Assembly (NCBI GenBank): GCA_964487115.1
Contig: CAZAPD010000077.1
Coordinates: 1-24,905, forward strand
From: an uncultured Thermococci archaeon
GTDB taxonomy: Archaea > Methanobacteriota_B > Thermococci > Thermococcales > Thermococcaceae
Direction: 5' to 3'
Length of the DNA: 24,905 bases
Shown: one piece after another, positions 7,464-17,203 of the stretch
Layout of the letters: each line of letters starts with the position of its first letter
Position numbering within the stretch: position 1 is the first letter of the stretch
Notes under the pieces: generated by a model
Database searches by the model: none
What the model saw: only the letters and a program-made list of their open reading frames with translations
Told to the model about the DNA's origin: nothing
Program-made: the position numbers and the translations under genes

Positions 7464-10400
7464 TCACCCCTGATGCTCTGAAATTTTTGATAAGATGAAA
7501 TTTTTTGCGGGATAACCCAGAATAAAGCTCAATATTTCCTTTCCTTTAGGTATCTTATTTATTATTGGGAACCACTTTGCGAGCTTACTAGGGACTTTGG
7601 GGCCTTCTATGAGCAATAACAAGTCTGCAGTGACGTCTGCATATACAATACCCTCATTGACGCTGAGACGTAATGTACTCTCTGCAACTCCTTTCCCAGC
7701 TATTTTACTGATTCCGTTAATCCTACCCTCTATCGTGTAGTCAAGGTACAATGTTGCCGTTATCCCATCAACTCTGAGGAGCATTTGTCGATCTGTTGTT
7801 ACTGCCTTGTCTTGTATTCGTATCGTAATGGATTCACTAGGTTTTACGTCCTCATTTACTGAGACTGTTATATGATCTGGAATTGCTTTTTCTAAATCGG
7901 GTGGGCTGATTGAAATACCTGTACTCAGGTCTGTGATATATATTGGTGTATCTTCAACATTCTTGAATTTGAGGGTGCACTCCAGTGGCGAGACGTAGTT
8001 TCCTTGAGTGTAGTAGTTGCTGGCTTCAAAGTTAAAGTTAAGATCATTACATGAAATATCTGTGAGTTTTAGTGGATATTCATTATGTGGAAGAACTTCC
8101 ACAGTAACTATGTCTGTTTTGTTTTTAATGTCTTCTTGCAAACCGCTCAAATTCTTGACTTTTAAAATTATACTGTGATTTCCACTATTCAATGGCCAGT
8201 CAAATTCATCAATTACTTTAGTTTCTCCAACACTGAGTGATTCTCCCGCATTTAGAGTATTGAATGAGTGCACTTTATTATTATCTACATATACGTCTCC
8301 CCTTAAATCTAGGAGGAGTATTCTTCCACCGCCTACATCTGGGAGGGGCTGGCAGTATGTTGCCTTGATTCTAACATGCACTTTTCCATCACCAACCATT
8401 AGAGTAGGTATAACATCGAGCCATGAAATCCAATAGTCTCCATATTCGCATACTTCATCATTCCTATTCAACTGAACAATAATATTCCCACTTTTCTCAT
8501 CCTCTTCAAATTTTTGCCCCCCTATAATGCTGTATGCTTTTATTGTGTAGGAGTGTTCTCCTTTTTGAGCGAGCCAGTGGAGAATAAAGTTTCCTTCCGA
8601 ATTGGCGTTAATGGTGTTTTGAGTACTATCTACTAAATTATCGTCAACAAACAATTCCAACTTTATGTTTTGACTTGTGGAGTAAGTATTCTTAACCTTA
8701 ACCGTGAAGTTTACCACCTCTCCACTCTTTGGAAGCTCGGGAGAGTAATCAACACTCTCAATATTCAAACTCCCAGAGTTTCCACCATTGTTGTCCTGAA
8801 CAATTATATCTCCACTGTCCTGTTTTTCATAACCATTGAACTCAAACGTTCCGGAGTATCCGTAAGTGCCTGTAGTAGGGTAGGTGACTGTTGTCACTGG
8901 AATCAGACCGGAATTATCATTTGAATTAACGCTCACCCATCCTCTTTTGGTTATGGTCTCTGAACGACCGTTCTCAGTTGGGACAGCAATATTCAACTCA
9001 TAGCTTCCGTTAATTGGAGCATCATTATTGTTAATTACCCTAACGTAAAAAGTTACCGTCTCGTCAGGCTCAACATGAGAGTCTGAGGGAATAATTTGGA
9101 ATTGGATTCTATTCTTGTCTATGATGCCACCCAGATGGATTGTCCCGGAGTATGAGATTGTCACTGTCTTAGAGTTGGTATCACTACTTAAACCTTCATT
9201 AGGTGGAGTTACGGAAGTTGGCATGTCATTATGGTTCGGGGTATATGTTACGGTTACAGTGCCGCTCACAGTAACAATATCATTTCCATAAATTTTACCG
9301 CTGGGTTTGGAGTACCATGTAACAACCCCATCATCGGGGTGGATCAAATTATAATGCACTGAATCGCTTAATTCACTGCCGCTAACTTCAACATTAACGC
9401 TTGAGACGGTGTTATCCTCAGCCTCCAAACTCACTTCAACTCGGTAAGTTGCATAATTCTTAGTAACCTCCTCCTTGACAACACTAACCCCAACGGCTAA
9501 GTATCCTTCTTCGGAGGTTGAGAAAGTAGGATTCTTAGACGAAAGAACCTTTATCTCCTGTTTTAATGGGTTGGTGAAGGATTTTGACTCCACATACTCA
9601 CCCCGTAATGAAGTTTTAAAGTACTCTCCTAATTGGGAAGTAGTGTTCTGTATAAGTTCATTTAAATGGGGATTGTTGTTCCCAAGCTCTTCAGCCTTTA
9701 AGAGTGCCTCTAAATTGTTCAATTTTTCCAATGCTTTAAAAGCATTCCAATAATATAATTCATAACTCGTTGAAGCACTCACATGAATCGAACAGTCAGT
9801 TGGAGATAATTTCTCATTATAGGTTCTCGTGATTATAATGATTATTACGTAATCTCCTTGAACTATAACTTTCCTGCTTTTTGTTATGCTATGATATTCA
9901 ACTGCTAATTGACTGGAATTAATGAAATTCTTGGGAAGGCCTGGGAATGGGGTTCCAATCAAGTTCTCAGCGGTAATTTCAGTTTTGTTGATATTATCGG
10001 CTATTATCTGATTATTTGGTGGATTAATGGAGCATTTAGGGTAATCCAAACGATTCTTAGCGTAAATTGTTTTGGATGTTGAGGATATAACCGTCTCTTT
10101 GTTGTCTTTGGAGAAGTTGATTATTTGTTTTTTCAGGTTTTCGATTAGAGAAAGCTTTTCTTCAAGAGAAGCATTCTGAAAGGTTTTGTTGAATTCTTTA
10201 AGCTTCTGCCAGATGAATGGGGTGCTGGTTTTTTCTTTCCATGTTGTGAGGACTGGAAGGTTTAAACTGGTTGCATTAGCGTTTAAAAGCTTTTTCCAGC
10301 CCCATGCTTCGTAGCTGTTGTATTTAAATGCTACTTTAATAAAAGCTGTTGAGAGATTTCTGAGGAATGCTGTCATGTTAAATCCTGTTGTAATGTTGTC

Positions 10401-10841
10401 TTTGTTCTCCGCAATGTAATCTTCTAATGCTTTTATTTCCTCGTCACTCCAGCCTTGTGATTTAAGCTCCTGTACAGTTTCTTCTGGCAGGCCATTTTGG
10501 GTGATGTTCTCAGCCATTTCTTTTAATTCTTCAGCTGAATAATAAGTTTTAACCCCTGAGGTTTTTAATTCTTCTAAATTCTGCCAAATTTGGGCTGAGA
10601 TATTCACAGCATTAAAAGCTCCAAGTCGGGAGTTTTGGATTAATTCTTGGGCTAACGTTGCGTTATTGGTGGAGTTAAGTTTGGCTATCAATTCAGCCTC
10701 CCTGCTAAGAATACTCCAGAATTGGTCGTATGCTTCACTGTCACTCGTTTCTTCTGCGAGTACAAAACCCTGACTCACTGCTGCGCTGAAACTCATTCCT
10801 ATCATTAAAATTGCCAATATTAATCCACTCTTCCTAATCAT
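7464..10841 (-). CDS. Large secreted multi-domain protein (signal peptide, helical N-domain, Ig/CARDB-like repeats, variable C-terminal tip); head gene of the cassette array
   Basis: Likely start is the ATG at 10841 (MIRKSGLILAILMIGMSFSAAVSQGFVLA, Sec-like signal; AGGTGG RBS), giving about 1125 aa. CARDB-like segments include DETVTFYVRVINN and GEVVNFTVKVKN..ELFVDDNLVD..GEHSYTIKA. The C-terminal ~340 aa are paralogous to the orphan tips. Confidence 0.85.
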   Translation of the reverse strand: MIRKSGLILAILMIGMSFSAAVSQGFVLAEETSDSEAYDQFWSILSREAELIAKLNSTNNATLAQELIQNSRLGAFNAVNISAQIWQNLEELKTSGVKTYYSAEELKEMAENITQNGLPEETVQELKSQGWSDEEIKALEDYIAENKDNITTGFNMTAFLRNLSTAFIKVAFKYNSYEAWGWKKLLNANATSLNLPVLTTWKEKTSTPFIWQKLKEFNKTFQNASLEEKLSLIENLKKQIINFSKDNKETVISSTSKTIYAKNRLDYPKCSINPPNNQIIADNINKTEITAENLIGTPFPGLPKNFINSSQLAVEYHSITKSRKVIVQGDYVIIIIITRTYNEKLSPTDCSIHVSASTSYELYYWNAFKALEKLNNLEALLKAEELGNNNPHLNELIQNTTSQLGEYFKTSLRGEYVESKSFTNPLKQEIKVLSSKNPTFSTSEEGYLAVGVSVVKEEVTKNYATYRVEVSLEAEDNTVSSVNVEVSGSELSDSVHYNLIHPDDGVVTWYSKPSGKIYGNDIVTVSGTVTVTYTPNHNDMPTSVTPPNEGLSSDTNSKTVTISYSGTIHLGGIIDKNRIQFQIIPSDSHVEPDETVTFYVRVINNNDAPINGSYELNIAVPTENGRSETITKRGWVSVNSNDNSGLIPVTTVTYPTTGTYGYSGTFEFNGYEKQDSGDIIVQDNNGGNSGSLNIESVDYSPELPKSGEVVNFTVKVKNTYSTSQNIKLELFVDDNLVDSTQNTINANSEGNFILHWLAQKGEHSYTIKAYSIIGGQKFEEDEKSGNIIVQLNRNDEVCEYGDYWISWLDVIPTLMVGDGKVHVRIKATYCQPLPDVGGGRILLLDLRGDVYVDNNKVHSFNTLNAGESLSVGETKVIDEFDWPLNSGNHSIILKVKNLSGLQEDIKNKTDIVTVEVLPHNEYPLKLTDISCNDLNFNFEASNYYTQGNYVSPLECTLKFKNVEDTPIYITDLSTGISISPPDLEKAIPDHITVSVNEDVKPSESITIRIQDKAVTTDRQMLLRVDGITATLYLDYTIEGRINGISKIAGKGVAESTLRLSVNEGIVYADVTADLLLLIEGPKVPSKLAKWFPIINKIPKGKEILSFILGYPAKNFILSKISEHQG

Positions 10842-10872
10842 TGAACCACCTGATAATTTTAGATAGTAACGG

Positions 10873-10886
10873 ATAAAAACTTTTTC
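10873..10886 (-). promoter_or_regulatory. Putative BRE/TATA promoter of the head gene
   Basis: GAAAAAGTTTTTAT on the minus strand about 30 nt upstream of the ATG at 10841. Confidence 0.55.
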
Positions 10887-11007
10887 TATGCAGATTTTAT
10901 ATACTATCAAAAAAAGTAAGCAAAAAAACGATAGACACTTACAGTGATACATAGAGTGAGCAAATATTTAATGAAGTCCCTTCAACAATCAGTATATCGG
11001 TGATAAG

Positions 11008-11733
11008 ATGCTTCATTCCGAAATCGGAAAAGGAGTAATATATCTCAAAGAGGTTTCATCGACGAATGATTACGCCAAGAAAATAGCTTCTGAAGTTCCT
11101 GAGGGTACGGTTGTTATAGCAAAAAAACAGACAAAGGGCAGGGGAAGAAAAAATAGGGAATGGGCTTCACCCGAGGGAGGTCTATGGATGAGCATTGTTC
11201 TAAAACCTCAGGTGAAGAGAGAGGATATTCCGAAAATTGTCTTCATTGGGGCTCTGGCGGTTGTAGATACTCTCGCTGAATTTGGAATTAAAGCCGGGAT
11301 AAAGTGGCCGAATGACGTTTGGGTGGATAACAAAAAAATCTGCGGTATCCTAACTGAAGGGAAATTCGGAGAGTTTGCAATCCTTGGAATCGGCCTGAAC
11401 GTGAATAACATCATTCCTCCTGAGCTTGAAGGAAGTGCGACTTCAATGAAGCTTCTACTCGGAAGGGAAGTTGGGTTAAATGAGGTTCTTGAGACCCTTC
11501 TGCGGAATCTGAGTAGATGGTACCGGATTTTTTTGGAAAGGGGTTCTTTGGCAGTGATATCAGCTGTTAAGGAAAAATGTTTTATTCTTGGCAAGGAAGT
11601 TAAAATAATTGAAGATGGGAGGGAGATAAGAGGACGGGCCGTAGATATAGCTGATGATGGTGCTCTTGTGCTCGAAACTCCCCGGGATAAACTCAGGATT
11701 CTCTACGGTGATGTTTCGCTTAGATTGGAATGA
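11008..11733 (+). CDS. birA: Biotin--[acetyl-CoA-carboxylase] ligase (no N-terminal HTH)
   Basis: Motifs SSTND, QTKGRGR, WASPEGG, KWPND, KKICGIL, GIGLNV. Confidence 0.95.
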   Translation: MLHSEIGKGVIYLKEVSSTNDYAKKIASEVPEGTVVIAKKQTKGRGRKNREWASPEGGLWMSIVLKPQVKREDIPKIVFIGALAVVDTLAEFGIKAGIKWPNDVWVDNKKICGILTEGKFGEFAILGIGLNVNNIIPPELEGSATSMKLLLGREVGLNEVLETLLRNLSRWYRIFLERGSLAVISAVKEKCFILGKEVKIIEDGREIRGRAVDIADDGALVLETPRDKLRILYGDVSLRLE

Positions 11734-11760
11734 TCCCGCTTAGATTTAAATAGATTCATG

Positions 11761-11774
11761 AAAAACTTAATATA
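11761..11774 (+). promoter_or_regulatory. Putative BRE/TATA promoter of the Glt transporter
   Basis: AAAAACTTAATATA about 65 nt upstream of the ATG at 11838. Confidence 0.5.
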
Positions 11775-11837
11775 CCTCGATGAACATTAATGTAAATTGC
11801 TGTCTTTGTTTGAATCAATGAACAGTGGGGTGGAGGT

Positions 11838-13124
11838 ATGGCTCAGAAGGGTTTACTCAGGTCATATTTGGACTACCCAATTCTTCAAAAGATTCTTTTG
11901 GGTTTAATTTTAGGTGCTGTCTTCGGTCTTATAGCAGGGCATTACGGCTATGCAGACGCCGTTAAGACATATATCAAGCCCTTTGGTGATCTCTTTGTTA
12001 GACTGTTGAAAATGCTAGTGATGCCAATAGTATTTGCATCTCTTGTAGTCGGTGCAGCAAGTATCAGCCCAGCAAGGTTAGGAAAAGTTGGTGTTAAGAT
12101 TGTGGTTTATTATCTGACGACTTCTGCCTTCGCAGTGGCACTTGGTATCATAATGGCGAGGATATTCAAGCCAGGCTTGGGATTACATCTTGCCACAGGA
12201 GCCAAATTCTCAGCCAAAAGCGCTCCTTCAATGGTTCAAACATTACTGAACATAATTCCAAAGAATCCCTTTGGTGCGCTGGCGAATGGACAGGTTCTCC
12301 CAACAATATTCTTTGCAATAATTCTTGGAATTGCTTTAACATATCTAATGGAGAGCAAGGATGAGCTTATTAAAAATAGTGCAAACACGCTTTTCAACGC
12401 TATAAACGGACTTGCTGAGGCAATGTATAAGATTGTCGGAGGTGTTATGCAGTACGCTCCGATAGGTGTTTTTGCACTGATTTCATATGTCATGGCAGAA
12501 CAGGGCGTTAAGGTAGTTGGTCAGCTTGCAAAAGTTACGGTAGCTGTTTACATAGGCCTTTTCCTCCAGATAGTCATAGTGTACTTCTCTCTGCTCAAAA
12601 TATTTGGCATGAATCCAGTTAAATTCATTAAGAAAGCGAAGGATGCAATGCTCACAGCGTTCGTCACAAGGAGTTCCAGCGGAACTCTACCAGTTACAAT
12701 GCGTGTCGCCAGGGAAGAGATGGGAATTGACAAGGGTATCTATTCATTTACTCTGCCACTCGGTGCTACCATCAACATGGATGGAACAGCCCTCTATCAG
12801 GGTGTCTGTACGTTCTTCATAGCTCTTGCAATCGGCCAGCACCTGACGGTCAGCCAGCAACTCACAGTAGTTCTCACGGCAGTTCTGGCATCTATTGGAA
12901 CAGCAGGTGTTCCGGGTGCGGGTGCCATAATGCTCGCTATGGTTCTCCAGAGCGTCGGGCTTCCATTGACTGATCCGAGTGTTGCCGCAGCCTATGCTAT
13001 GATTCTTGGTATTGATGCAATCCTTGATATGGGAAGAACGATGGTCAACGTCACCGGTGACCTTGCAGGAACAACAATCGTTGCAAAGACAGAGGGAGAA
13101 ATTGACCTCAGCAAATGGGAGTGA
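11838..13124 (+). CDS. gltP: Dicarboxylate/amino acid:cation symporter (GltPh/GltTk-type aspartate/glutamate transporter)
   Basis: Motifs [52 protein letters not shown]. Confidence 0.96.
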   Translation: MAQKGLLRSYLDYPILQKILLGLILGAVFGLIAGHYGYADAVKTYIKPFGDLFVRLLKMLVMPIVFASLVVGAASISPARLGKVGVKIVVYYLTTSAFAVALGIIMARIFKPGLGLHLATGAKFSAKSAPSMVQTLLNIIPKNPFGALANGQVLPTIFFAIILGIALTYLMESKDELIKNSANTLFNAINGLAEAMYKIVGGVMQYAPIGVFALISYVMAEQGVKVVGQLAKVTVAVYIGLFLQIVIVYFSLLKIFGMNPVKFIKKAKDAMLTAFVTRSSSGTLPVTMRVAREEMGIDKGIYSFTLPLGATINMDGTALYQGVCTFFIALAIGQHLTVSQQLTVVLTAVLASIGTAGVPGAGAIMLAMVLQSVGLPLTDPSVAAAYAMILGIDAILDMGRTMVNVTGDLAGTTIVAKTEGEIDLSKWE

Positions 13125-13126
13125 AG

Positions 13127-13146
13127 TTTTCTCTCCCTTCTTTTTT
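13127..13146 (+). terminator. Pyrimidine/oligo-T archaeal terminator
   Basis: ttttctctcccttc followed by a T run, immediately after the stop codon. Confidence 0.5.
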
Positions 13147-13216
13147 GAATTTTGGGATAAGGTTAAATACCCTAACATGACGCTATTTCTTAGGACATTG
13201 AATGGAGGTAAGAAAC

Positions 13217-14674
13217 ATGAGAAAGTTAACAGCTTTAACTCTGACTTTTTTAATGCTGGGCACTCTTCTCGTGGGCTCAGTCTATGCGGCAGACTCTAAA
13301 AACTCCGAGCCATATAAAGAGGAGTTTTATATGGAGGTCTTCCTTTCCGATAATGGAGATGCTAAAATAATAATGAAAAACTCTTTACTTGGTCCCCAGA
13401 GCAGAATAGATGAGTTCGTATCCCAGATACTTAATCAAACGAACATGACCAATGAACAGGCCATAAAGAAATATGAAGCACAGCTTCTGAATAACTACAT
13501 AGTTCAGCTGAAAAACTCTGGTTTAGAGACAACCAATCAAACTCTGCATCTCCTCGGAGTTTACAATGGAACTCACAATGTTACCCTTGTCTTTACAGCA
13601 TATGCAAAGTCCTTCGCAAAGTACTACTCATATAACAAATACTGGGAGTTGATTCTGGACCCGACGAGAGGTCTCGCAACATCTCCAGTTCCGGATTCAG
13701 GCCTTCCCTACGGCAGTCAAATCAGGAACGTATTTGTGATACACCTGCCTAATGATGCTAAGCTCCTTGAGTATCCTAAGCCCTATACTATGGAGTTTAA
13801 CCACAGTAAGTTCTATGTGAGATCAAAGGTTGAGGGAAATACAGTTATTGTCTCCTCCGATATCATACTTGAAGCCTATCTTGGACCTGAAGGCTACAAA
13901 GCTCTTTTTGGAAAGTATGATACGTTCTATGTAAGGTACACCACTCCAAATCCGGGTAAGGAGGAATATAAGACCTCCGTCATAAAGCAAGAAATCATTG
14001 CAAAAGTCCTTAACAGGACGGATACAGAGTTAATCACCAGACAGATTTTTATCAAACCAGAACAGGACGTTGATTACTTCAAGGCATACATTAAAATGCT
14101 CGGGGTCAAAAATGCAACTAATATGATCCTCCAAAATAATGTTAAGTACCTCAGCTCGCAGGGAGTTATTATAAAAAACGCAAATGCACAGATATACGGT
14201 CTCAATGATAAGGGTCCTCTGATTCTGGAGACACGTTATCTTGTCCAGAACTTTACGAAAATCATCAATGGAACTTATGAGTACTCCTTTGATCCAACTC
14301 TTGGAGCTCTTAACGGGATTTCTTATAGGGCAAAGGAGGAATCTAATCAAACACTAAAGATTCAGTTCCTGCTTCCAAAGGGAGCAAAAATTGTGAAGAT
14401 TCCTGAAAATATAAACAGAGAACTCAATGGAAACAGATTCATCCTTAAAACTACGGTTAAGGACAATAACGTAACTGTCGTCTCAAATATATACATACGT
14501 TATGGAGCACTTAGAGACGACATCCAGAAGCTCCTCGGAAATGTGAGCAAAGTACGTATTGCGTATACCCTTCCTGCGGAAAATACCTCCGGGTTCGGCA
14601 CAAAGGAGGTGGCTGGGATAATCGGTGCAGTGATTTTAATTGGTGCTACCATTCTAATTCTCAAGAGGCATTAA
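13217..14674 (+). CDS. Secreted, C-terminally membrane-anchored protein with an internal duplication (DUF4897-like)
   Basis: Signal peptide MRKLTALTLTFLMLGTLLVGSVYA after a GGAGGT RBS. C-terminal TM followed by KRH. The two halves share DPT.G...LP..AK+++.P...F.+++.V..N.V.V.S.I. The DUF name is tentative. Confidence 0.75.
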   Translation: MRKLTALTLTFLMLGTLLVGSVYAADSKNSEPYKEEFYMEVFLSDNGDAKIIMKNSLLGPQSRIDEFVSQILNQTNMTNEQAIKKYEAQLLNNYIVQLKNSGLETTNQTLHLLGVYNGTHNVTLVFTAYAKSFAKYYSYNKYWELILDPTRGLATSPVPDSGLPYGSQIRNVFVIHLPNDAKLLEYPKPYTMEFNHSKFYVRSKVEGNTVIVSSDIILEAYLGPEGYKALFGKYDTFYVRYTTPNPGKEEYKTSVIKQEIIAKVLNRTDTELITRQIFIKPEQDVDYFKAYIKMLGVKNATNMILQNNVKYLSSQGVIIKNANAQIYGLNDKGPLILETRYLVQNFTKIINGTYEYSFDPTLGALNGISYRAKEESNQTLKIQFLLPKGAKIVKIPENINRELNGNRFILKTTVKDNNVTVVSNIYIRYGALRDDIQKLLGNVSKVRIAYTLPAENTSGFGTKEVAGIIGAVILIGATILILKRH

Positions 14675-14731
14675 GCCTCTTTTTCGATATTCATTTAAAC
14701 TTTAACTCCCAACGGTTTTTGGGTGAGTGCC

Positions 14732-15379
14732 ATGACCAAGAAGCTGTACTATGAAGATGCATATCTTAAAGAGGCAAATGCCACGGTTTTAGAGATTAAA
14801 AACAATGAAGTGCTTTTAGATAAGACAATTTTCTATCCAACTGGTGGCGGTCAGCCTCATGATAGGGGAACCATAAATGGGGTTAAGGTTCTTGATGTAT
14901 ACAAGGACGAAGAAGGCAATGTCTGGCATATGGTGGCCGAACCTGAGAAATTCAAAATAGGAGAGCAAGTTGAACTGAGGATAGACTGGGAGTACAGATA
15001 TAAGATAATGAGGATACACTCCGCCATGCATCTCATGGAGCATGTCCTTAATGAGGTTCTTGGTGAGGGAAAGTGGGAGCTCTATGGTAGTGGCATGAGC
15101 GTTGAGAAAGGTCGCTATGACATCATTTATCCAGAGAATCTCAACAAGTTCAAGGAGAAAATGATATCCCTTTTCAACAAGTACGTAGACGAAGGCGGCG
15201 AGATGAAAATATGGTGGGAAGGAGAAACCCGTTATACTCAGATAAGGAATTTTGAGATAATACCCTGCGGAGGGACTCATGTTAGGAATATAAAAGAGAT
15301 AGGGCACGTGAGGAAATTGAAACGTTCAAGTATTGGAAAGGGTAAGCAACGACTGGAGATATGGCTTGAAGAGCATTAG
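14732..15379 (+). CDS. alaXM: Free-standing alanyl-tRNA editing protein AlaX-M
   Basis: T.KLYYEDAY, FYPTGGGQPHDRG, and zinc motifs HSAMH and CGGTH. Confidence 0.92.
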   Translation: MTKKLYYEDAYLKEANATVLEIKNNEVLLDKTIFYPTGGGQPHDRGTINGVKVLDVYKDEEGNVWHMVAEPEKFKIGEQVELRIDWEYRYKIMRIHSAMHLMEHVLNEVLGEGKWELYGSGMSVEKGRYDIIYPENLNKFKEKMISLFNKYVDEGGEMKIWWEGETRYTQIRNFEIIPCGGTHVRNIKEIGHVRKLKRSSIGKGKQRLEIWLEEH

Positions 15380-15406
15380 CTTTTGGGCTTTCAAGCTTTC
15401 TACTTT

Positions 15407-16054
15407 TCATGAAACATCAATCTGTATTTCTTTGCCAAAATCTTTGATATTTACGGATTTTATCACCTTCAGGAGTATCCTATCTCTCATGAATTTAGCC
15501 TGAAGAACTCTACTAGCGTGTTCTCTAACTTCTTTCAGTGTTCTATCGGCTATAATATCAGTATTTACGAGATAAATTGTGGTTCTTCTTTCATCGCCCA
15601 GATGTGGCCGTATCAGGTATCCAAGTAAATTTTCAAGCTCTCTTGGAGTATTGCTATGCATCTCCAACACTTTATCAAAACCTACCACGACCCTAACGCT
15701 GTATTCGAGGTTTAGTTTTTCTAAGATTTTCTCATAATACTCCTTTCTTACTGGTGGTTCTTTGCTCAGGTCAAGTCTTCCCAAAACTCTTCCCGTCTGT
15801 ATTATGCCACCAAATTTTATCACTTTTGCATTGTCTATTATTTCAGAGCTTAATCCAGCTAATTTTAAGTGGGCTTTAAAGATATGCAACTGATCCAGTT
15901 CATCTATAATCATAAATGCTCGCTTGCTTTCCTGCAGGCATTTTAAAATTCGGTGCAATATTAAATACGCGGGTTCGTGGGAGGTGTACTCTATGAGTAC
16001 ATCTTCCCCCGGTTTAAGACCTTTCAAATATTCACACAGCATACCAACACTCAT
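15407..16054 (-). CDS. DUF257-like (degenerate RecA/KaiC-fold) protein
   Basis: LKPGEDVLIEYTS, IIDELDQLH, IKFGG, YLVNTD pattern. No Walker A lysine. Confidence 0.7.
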   Translation of the reverse strand: MSVGMLCEYLKGLKPGEDVLIEYTSHEPAYLILHRILKCLQESKRAFMIIDELDQLHIFKAHLKLAGLSSEIIDNAKVIKFGGIIQTGRVLGRLDLSKEPPVRKEYYEKILEKLNLEYSVRVVVGFDKVLEMHSNTPRELENLLGYLIRPHLGDERRTTIYLVNTDIIADRTLKEVREHASRVLQAKFMRDRILLKVIKSVNIKDFGKEIQIDVS

Positions 16055-16169
16055 AATGTTCCCCTCGGAATTTTAATGAGGATGTTTTCATACAAAAACT
16101 TTTGGTTGCTATTATGGCTATTGAGATGAAATTTGCCGGGTATTATGTCAACTTTTTGTTTATTTTTAT

Positions 16170-17162
16170 TTATTTTTCAAAAACATAAAAATATCTCTCA
16201 AGACTCTTGTGGACACGTTGATAGTATCTGCCCATGAGCCTAAAACCCAACTTTTCAGCTTCACTCTTGCCGTCGAACTCCACTGGAAAAGCTATAACCA
16301 GTCTCCCGTTCTCCTGAAGGATGTTGTAGATGCTCTTCAGCGCCTTTCTGTAGAGTTCATTCCTTCTCCTTCCGGCGAGTGTTGCAGAGGTTCCGTAGGG
16401 CGGATCAGTGGCCACAGCTTCGAATCTCTTTTCTGGAAAAAGTTCCTCAAGCTTTGTTGCATCGCCTTGTATGAGAACATAATCGTTTATTCCGTAGTGT
16501 TCGAGGTTTTTTTTGGCTCCTTCGACCATCTCCTGCCGTATGTCAACTCCATAAACTTTAAGACCGAGCAGTCCAGCTTCCATTAAAATCCCGCCAGCAC
16601 CCATGAATGGGTCAAGGACTTCTTTCCTTGCCTTAGTGAGATTTACCATTGCTCTTGAAATCCTTGGATGAAGTGAAATTGGCCTGAAGAATGGTCTGTG
16701 ATGGGCCTTTCTTTTTTCGAAGTCTTTGGGGTCAAAGTAGCGAAGCCTTATCCCAGCGTAGAGTTTCTCACCGCAGTAAACCCTCACGAGGGTGTCAGGA
16801 GTTGTGAGATTCACCCTGAAACCTCTGGCATGTATGACCGCTCCAAGCTTCTGTGGGAGATCAGTAACATTGAACCTGCAGTTGATCATTGTTTCAGTCT
16901 CCACTTTGAAGGTTCCCTTTACCGGCCATTCTATTCTTTTCGCTTTCTCAAGGAGCTCACCGATAGAATCTGCCTCAACTATAAGCTCTCCATATTCGTG
17001 GGAAAGGCCGAGCCTGTTTAAGCAGGAAAAAGTATTCACTGCTTCTGCCTTGAGGAATAGGTAATCCTGACCAACTATTCTTCCCTCGAATAGTTCAAGC
17101 ATGGCTTTTACTTCGGCCCTTGCCATATCAGGCAGATTTCCAAGGATTTCAATGTAGAGCAT
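16170..17162 (-). CDS. trm11: tRNA (guanine10-N2)-methyltransferase (THUMP + SAM-dependent MTase)
   Basis: [45 protein letters not shown]. Confidence 0.9.
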   Translation of the reverse strand: MLYIEILGNLPDMARAEVKAMLELFEGRIVGQDYLFLKAEAVNTFSCLNRLGLSHEYGELIVEADSIGELLEKAKRIEWPVKGTFKVETETMINCRFNVTDLPQKLGAVIHARGFRVNLTTPDTLVRVYCGEKLYAGIRLRYFDPKDFEKRKAHHRPFFRPISLHPRISRAMVNLTKARKEVLDPFMGAGGILMEAGLLGLKVYGVDIRQEMVEGAKKNLEHYGINDYVLIQGDATKLEELFPEKRFEAVATDPPYGTSATLAGRRRNELYRKALKSIYNILQENGRLVIAFPVEFDGKSEAEKLGFRLMGRYYQRVHKSLERYFYVFEK

Positions 17163-17203
17163 GGTCGTAGGTTGTAATCTTCAATTAAAAATTTTCCCCA
17201 TAG

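Noticed and set aside
836..9753. Plus-strand short ORFs opposite the array genes, and alternative-frame ORFs 857..1168 and 5602..5784
   Set aside because: They are shadows of better-supported genes and have no recognisable motifs.
1..10841. Shufflon, integron or diversity-generating retroelement
   Set aside because: All repeats are direct and all genes co-oriented. No recombinase, integrase or reverse transcriptase is in the window, and there is no adenine-specific variation between repeats. A trans-acting enzyme elsewhere cannot be excluded.
10862..10908. 7-bp inverted repeat GATAGTA...TACTATC flanking the head-gene TATA box
   Set aside because: Too short and widely spaced to exceed chance in AT-rich DNA.
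10934..10950. AGACAC-N5-GTGATA as a Thermococcales glycolytic motif (TATCAC-N5-GTGATA)
   Set aside because: Only one half-site matches well, and the flanking genes are unrelated to sugar metabolism.
10842..10952. 37-aa N-terminal extension of the head ORF (MYHCKCLSFF...)
   Set aside because: It spans the promoter region; the RBS and signal peptide point to ATG 10841.
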